Below, piece by piece: positions 60,200-64,000 of a stretch of 64,000 nt of DNA. Made by a program: the position numbers and the translations under genes. Under the pieces are notes generated by a model. The model did no database searches. It had not been told where the DNA came from and saw nothing but the letters and a program-made list of their open reading frames with translations. Source of the DNA: Hemiscyllium ocellatum (taxonomy: Eukaryota). Positions within the stretch are counted from its first letter, which is position 1. Each line of letters starts with the position of its first letter. The stretch spans positions 862,504-926,503 of the forward strand of contig NW_026867863.1 of NCBI RefSeq assembly GCF_020745735.1. The letters are read 5' to 3'.

Positions 60200-60760
60200 T
60201 ATTGTGTGCATGCGCACAGGTTATGAACTTGGTTGTGCGGATTGAAGATATCATTAGGATTCTAAACTTTTTAAATAGGAAACGTCACATGGAAAATAAG
60301 GAAATTGTGACAAAAGTTTATTAAAAAACCTGCTTTTCCATCACAGCTAGTATCCATGCTGCATGCTTCAGGAAGGGACTTGAGAAGGTGCACAAAAGAT
60401 ACACAAACATGTTACCAGAGATGAACAACTGGACAACTGTGTGGCTAGTTTGAAGAAGCTCGGACTGCTTTTTATGGAGAAGAGAAAATGAAGAAGACAT
60501 TTTATAAGTGTTCAAAGTTATGAGGGATTTCGACAGAGCAGAGTAAAAGGGTTTGGGAGTGCATCTGGATTGGTTACTATTTGAAGGGTTGGTGTCGACT
60601 TGTCGGGCCAAGTGGCCTGATTCCATACTGGATGCATTCTTCTTTAAAAAGCCCTGAGAAGAAAAGGACACGGTTAAAACGAATTATTTTTCGAAAGAAA
60701 CAACATAGTTTGGGAACTGGATTGTTCTGCCTAATAGTGTAGTGGTGGAGGCACCTTCCA
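60200..60760 (+). mobile_element. CR1 3' fragments
   Basis: gagaaggtgcacaaaagatacacaaacatgttacc (ERVQKRFT-like), agagaaaatgaagaagac..ttcaaagttatgaggg, and tttgggaactggattg..gtggtggaggca. Confidence 0.6.
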
Positions 60761-60839
60761 TGGAGTTGTTCAAAAGAAATCCGCAATTTTCATCAGGAGA
60801 AGTTTTGCAGTATAAAATAGTAAAAGGACTTGGTAGCGA

Positions 60840-63030
60840 ACGTACCATGTCCCCACGCCGATCGCCGCCCCCACGCCTAACCCCGTCCCCACACCTAATC
60901 CCGCCCCCACTCCCAACTCCAATCCCACACCCGGTCCTAGCTCCTAGCTCCTAGCCCTGCCGTATTTTCACCATCCCTCCAGACCTCCCCCTCTCTGAGG
61001 ATGAAAGATTAGTCATCAGCAGAGACCTCACCTTCATCCCCCTACGCTCCCAGATTAACAAATTCAACACGCGGCAAGACATCGAGCATTACTTCTGCCG
61101 CCTTCGCCTCCGTGCCTATTTATTCAAACAGGACTCCCGCCCACCCTCTGACGACCCCTTCTCCCGCATCCAACACACCCCATCCACCTGGGCACCTCGT
61201 CCTGGCCTCTTACCCACCCTCGATCTCTTCATCGCCAACTGACACCGTGACATTTACCACCTCAACCTGTCAACCTCTCTCACCCAGTCCAACCTCTCAC
61301 CCTCGCAAGATGCATCCCTCCACTCCCTCCGCTCCAACCCCAACCTCAGCATCAAACTGGCATAAAAGGGAGGCACGGTGCTTGTTTGCTGCACCGATCT
61401 TTATATTTCTGAGGCTAAACACCAGCTCACGGACACATCCTCCTGCTGCCCCCATGACGATGACCCCACCTCCCACCACCAAACCATCATCTCCCAGACC
61501 ATCCATAACCTCATCACCTCAGGCGATCTCCCATCCACTGCCTCCAACCTCATAGTCCCACAAGTCCCGCTACCCCCTGCCCAAAATCCACAAATCTGCC
61601 TGCGACGACTGACAAATTGTTTCAGCCTGCTCCTGCCCCACCAAACTCATTTCTGTGTACTTTGAGACGGTCTTGTCCCCCTCAGTCCAAGAACTCTCCA
61701 TCTACAAGCCCTCTATCTCCTCCATAATTTTCGCTTCCCCGGCCCCCAATGCCATATCTTCACCATGGACATCCAGTGCCTATACAACTCCATCCCCCAT
61801 CATGAAGGCCTCAGAGCATTCTGCTTCTTCCTTTCCCGACGAACCAACCAGTACCCTTCTACTGACAACTTCCTTTGACTGACTGAACTGGTCCTCACTC
61901 TGAACAACTTCTCTTTCCAATCCTCCCACTTCCTCCAAACTAAAGGAGTAACCATGGGCACCCGCATGGGCTCCAGCTATGCCTGCCTCTTCGTTGGATA
62001 TGTGGAACAGTCCATCTTCTGCAGCTTCACTGACATCACCCCCCACCTTTTCCTCCGCTACATCGATAACTGTATCGGCACTACCTCGTTCTCCCACGAG
62101 GAGGTTGAACAGTTCATTCAATTTACTAACCCCTTCCACCCCGACCCCAAATTTACCTGGACCATCTCAGACTGCTGGCTCCTCTTTCTAGACCTCTCCA
62201 TTTCTATCTCGGACGACCGACTCTACACGGACATTTACTATAAACGGTCTGACTCCCACAGCAACCTAGTTTACACCTACTCCCACCCTGCCCCCTGTAT
62301 CAATGCTATCCCATATTCCCAATTCCTTCGCCTTCGCCGCATCTGCTCCCAGGTGGACCAATTCCAATACCGAAACACTCAGATGGTCTCCTTCTTCAAA
62401 GACCACAATATCCCCTCAGACGTGGTTGACGATGCTCTCAACCACATCTACTCCAATTGCCGCTCTTCCGTCCTTGATCCCCGCCCCTCCAATCGCCACC
62501 AGGACAAAACCCACTGGTCCTCACCTACCACCCCAAAGCCTCCAGATACATCGTATCATCCTTCGTCATTTTCGCTACCTTCAAACAGATCCAACCACAA
62601 AGAATATATTCCCTCCCCACCACTATCAGCATTCCTGAAAGACCACTCCATCCGCGACTCCTCATCAGATCCACACACCCCACCAACCCAACCTCCACTC
62701 TCAGCATCTTCCGCTACAACTGACCAGAATGCAAAACTTGCACCCACCCCTCCCCCCTCACTTCCCTCCAAGGCCCCAAGGGATCTTTCCATATCCGTCA
62801 GAAATTCACCTGCACCACCTTCCGTCTATCGTATTCCCAATGCCCCTCTCTGAAGTCCCTCCTCCCTACCTTTTATCTTAGCCTGCTTGGCAAACCCTCT
62901 TCATTCCTGAAGAAGGGCTTATACTCGTAACGTCGATTCACATGTTCCTTTGATGCTGCCTGACCTGCTGCGCTTTTCCAACAACACATTTTTCAGCTCT
63001 GATCTCCAGCATCTGCAGTTCTCATTTTCT
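60840..63030 (+). mobile_element. Long degenerate Penelope-like element (N-terminal domain, RT, pLTR with decayed hammerhead at 62903-62938)
   Basis: ORF 61954-62853 reads MGTRMGSSYACLFVGYVEQ..FLRYIDNCIG..FLDLSISI..NAIPYSQFLRLRRICS. Upstream is a degenerate IKPADKGG motif. The ribozyme core has GTAA for GAAA. Confidence 0.88.
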
Positions 63031-64000
63031 CTGATTAGCGATCGTAGGCAAGCTCCTCTTCGAGAGCTGATACGAACATGATCAAATCATTGTCTCCGTG
63101 TTGTTAACATTGATGGTTATTTAACATTGCACAAACTGCCAGCTCTCCAGTGATTTCCTAATGGTTTGCCATATTCTGAAATAATGACTATCTTAGTCAT
63201 GCAGTCAACTTAACTTACTTTGCAATTACTTCACTTGATCCAGGAGAACCCGCATTCCCATTTTCCTCACCGTTTGCACTGACAATGTCTCCAGAATTGT
63301 AATTCATCGAAGTGCACAGATTAATCATTTAACATAAGTAAACTTATCCAGAATTAACTCCAAAACAATTCATCAAAAAAAAATCGCAGACTTGATAGTC
63401 AGTATTCTACGCCTGGGTAACGAGTTTTATTAAGTTAGTCAATGACTGTGCAAGATAATCGTGTTGGTATAGGGTTCTTTTGATTTCCACAGGATGGCGA
63501 CAGTACACCATAATGAGGCAATACTGCGGTTGTGATGTGGAAGAGACAGCACAGAGGGAAAGGAAGAGAAAACCATTTCTTCAGCATGTCACCCTTGTTC
63601 ATAGTAATTTCTGGGCAATGCAAGACCTTCATACTGAAATACAAGCAAAATTCAAGCGACCACTGAAAAACTTTAGATGTTTTGTGCTGATTCAAAATTG
63701 ACCTCTCAAAATGAACCAACATTTCTGAACTAGTCAAGCAGTTGTTTTCTGTGATTGTTCTCATCTGTGCTGGTGTTCACCACGCTGCCATGTGATGCCT
63801 TCGTGAGGCAATCCTGACATAATCTTAGAACGACTGCCAGAACTTTCCATTCACATTATTGATACTAAATATAGCAGATTTCATCTGACCTCAGAACAAA
63901 CGTACTTGCCAACCCATTTCCTTTAGCTTCTGGCAAACGCAGGTTTCCACCTAATTCACGGTGTGACTTAACAACATTTTCACAGCTGCAACTGGTCATG

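Noticed and set aside
58320-63700. Weak similarity between 58380-58460 and 63520-63590 (LKKWF in both minus ORFs)
   Set aside because: The match is too short and degenerate to support a repeat or gene by eye.

Overview
Vertebrate, AT-rich, repeat-rich genomic DNA from a cartilaginous fish (shark; HE1-type SINEs, CR1 LINEs and Penelope-like elements suggest an elasmobranch). The core is a complete IgM heavy-chain 'cluster' on the + strand: leader (25810), VH, JH (26683), Cmu1-Cmu4 with secretory tail, TM1 and TM2 (ends 51761). As written it is a pseudogene, with a TAA in V FR3 and a frameshift plus Cys loss in Cmu2. Its V is not followed by a 23-RSS. It runs straight into D-like sequence and a 12-RSS about 310 bp before the JH 23-RSS, which is the layout of a germline-joined V-D(D)/unjoined-J gene. 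A second, more decayed leader-V-D-J unit lies head-to-head on the - strand (8039-9069) as part of a nested inverted duplication of about 12 kb (arms ~1680-13190 and ~21480-34330). Its C exons, if any, would lie left of the window. Other structures: an unclassified ~2.1 kb element with ~590 bp inverted arms, a degenerate 29-nt repeat just 3' of both JH segments, and two fold-back Penelope-like insertions with 13-14 bp TSDs. There are also minimal hammerhead-ribozyme motifs from three Penelope-like families, several in sense orientation inside the IgM transcription unit. Ig exon, RSS, TSD and ribozyme coordinates were counted by hand. Transposon and duplication boundaries are approximate, and no database search was run.
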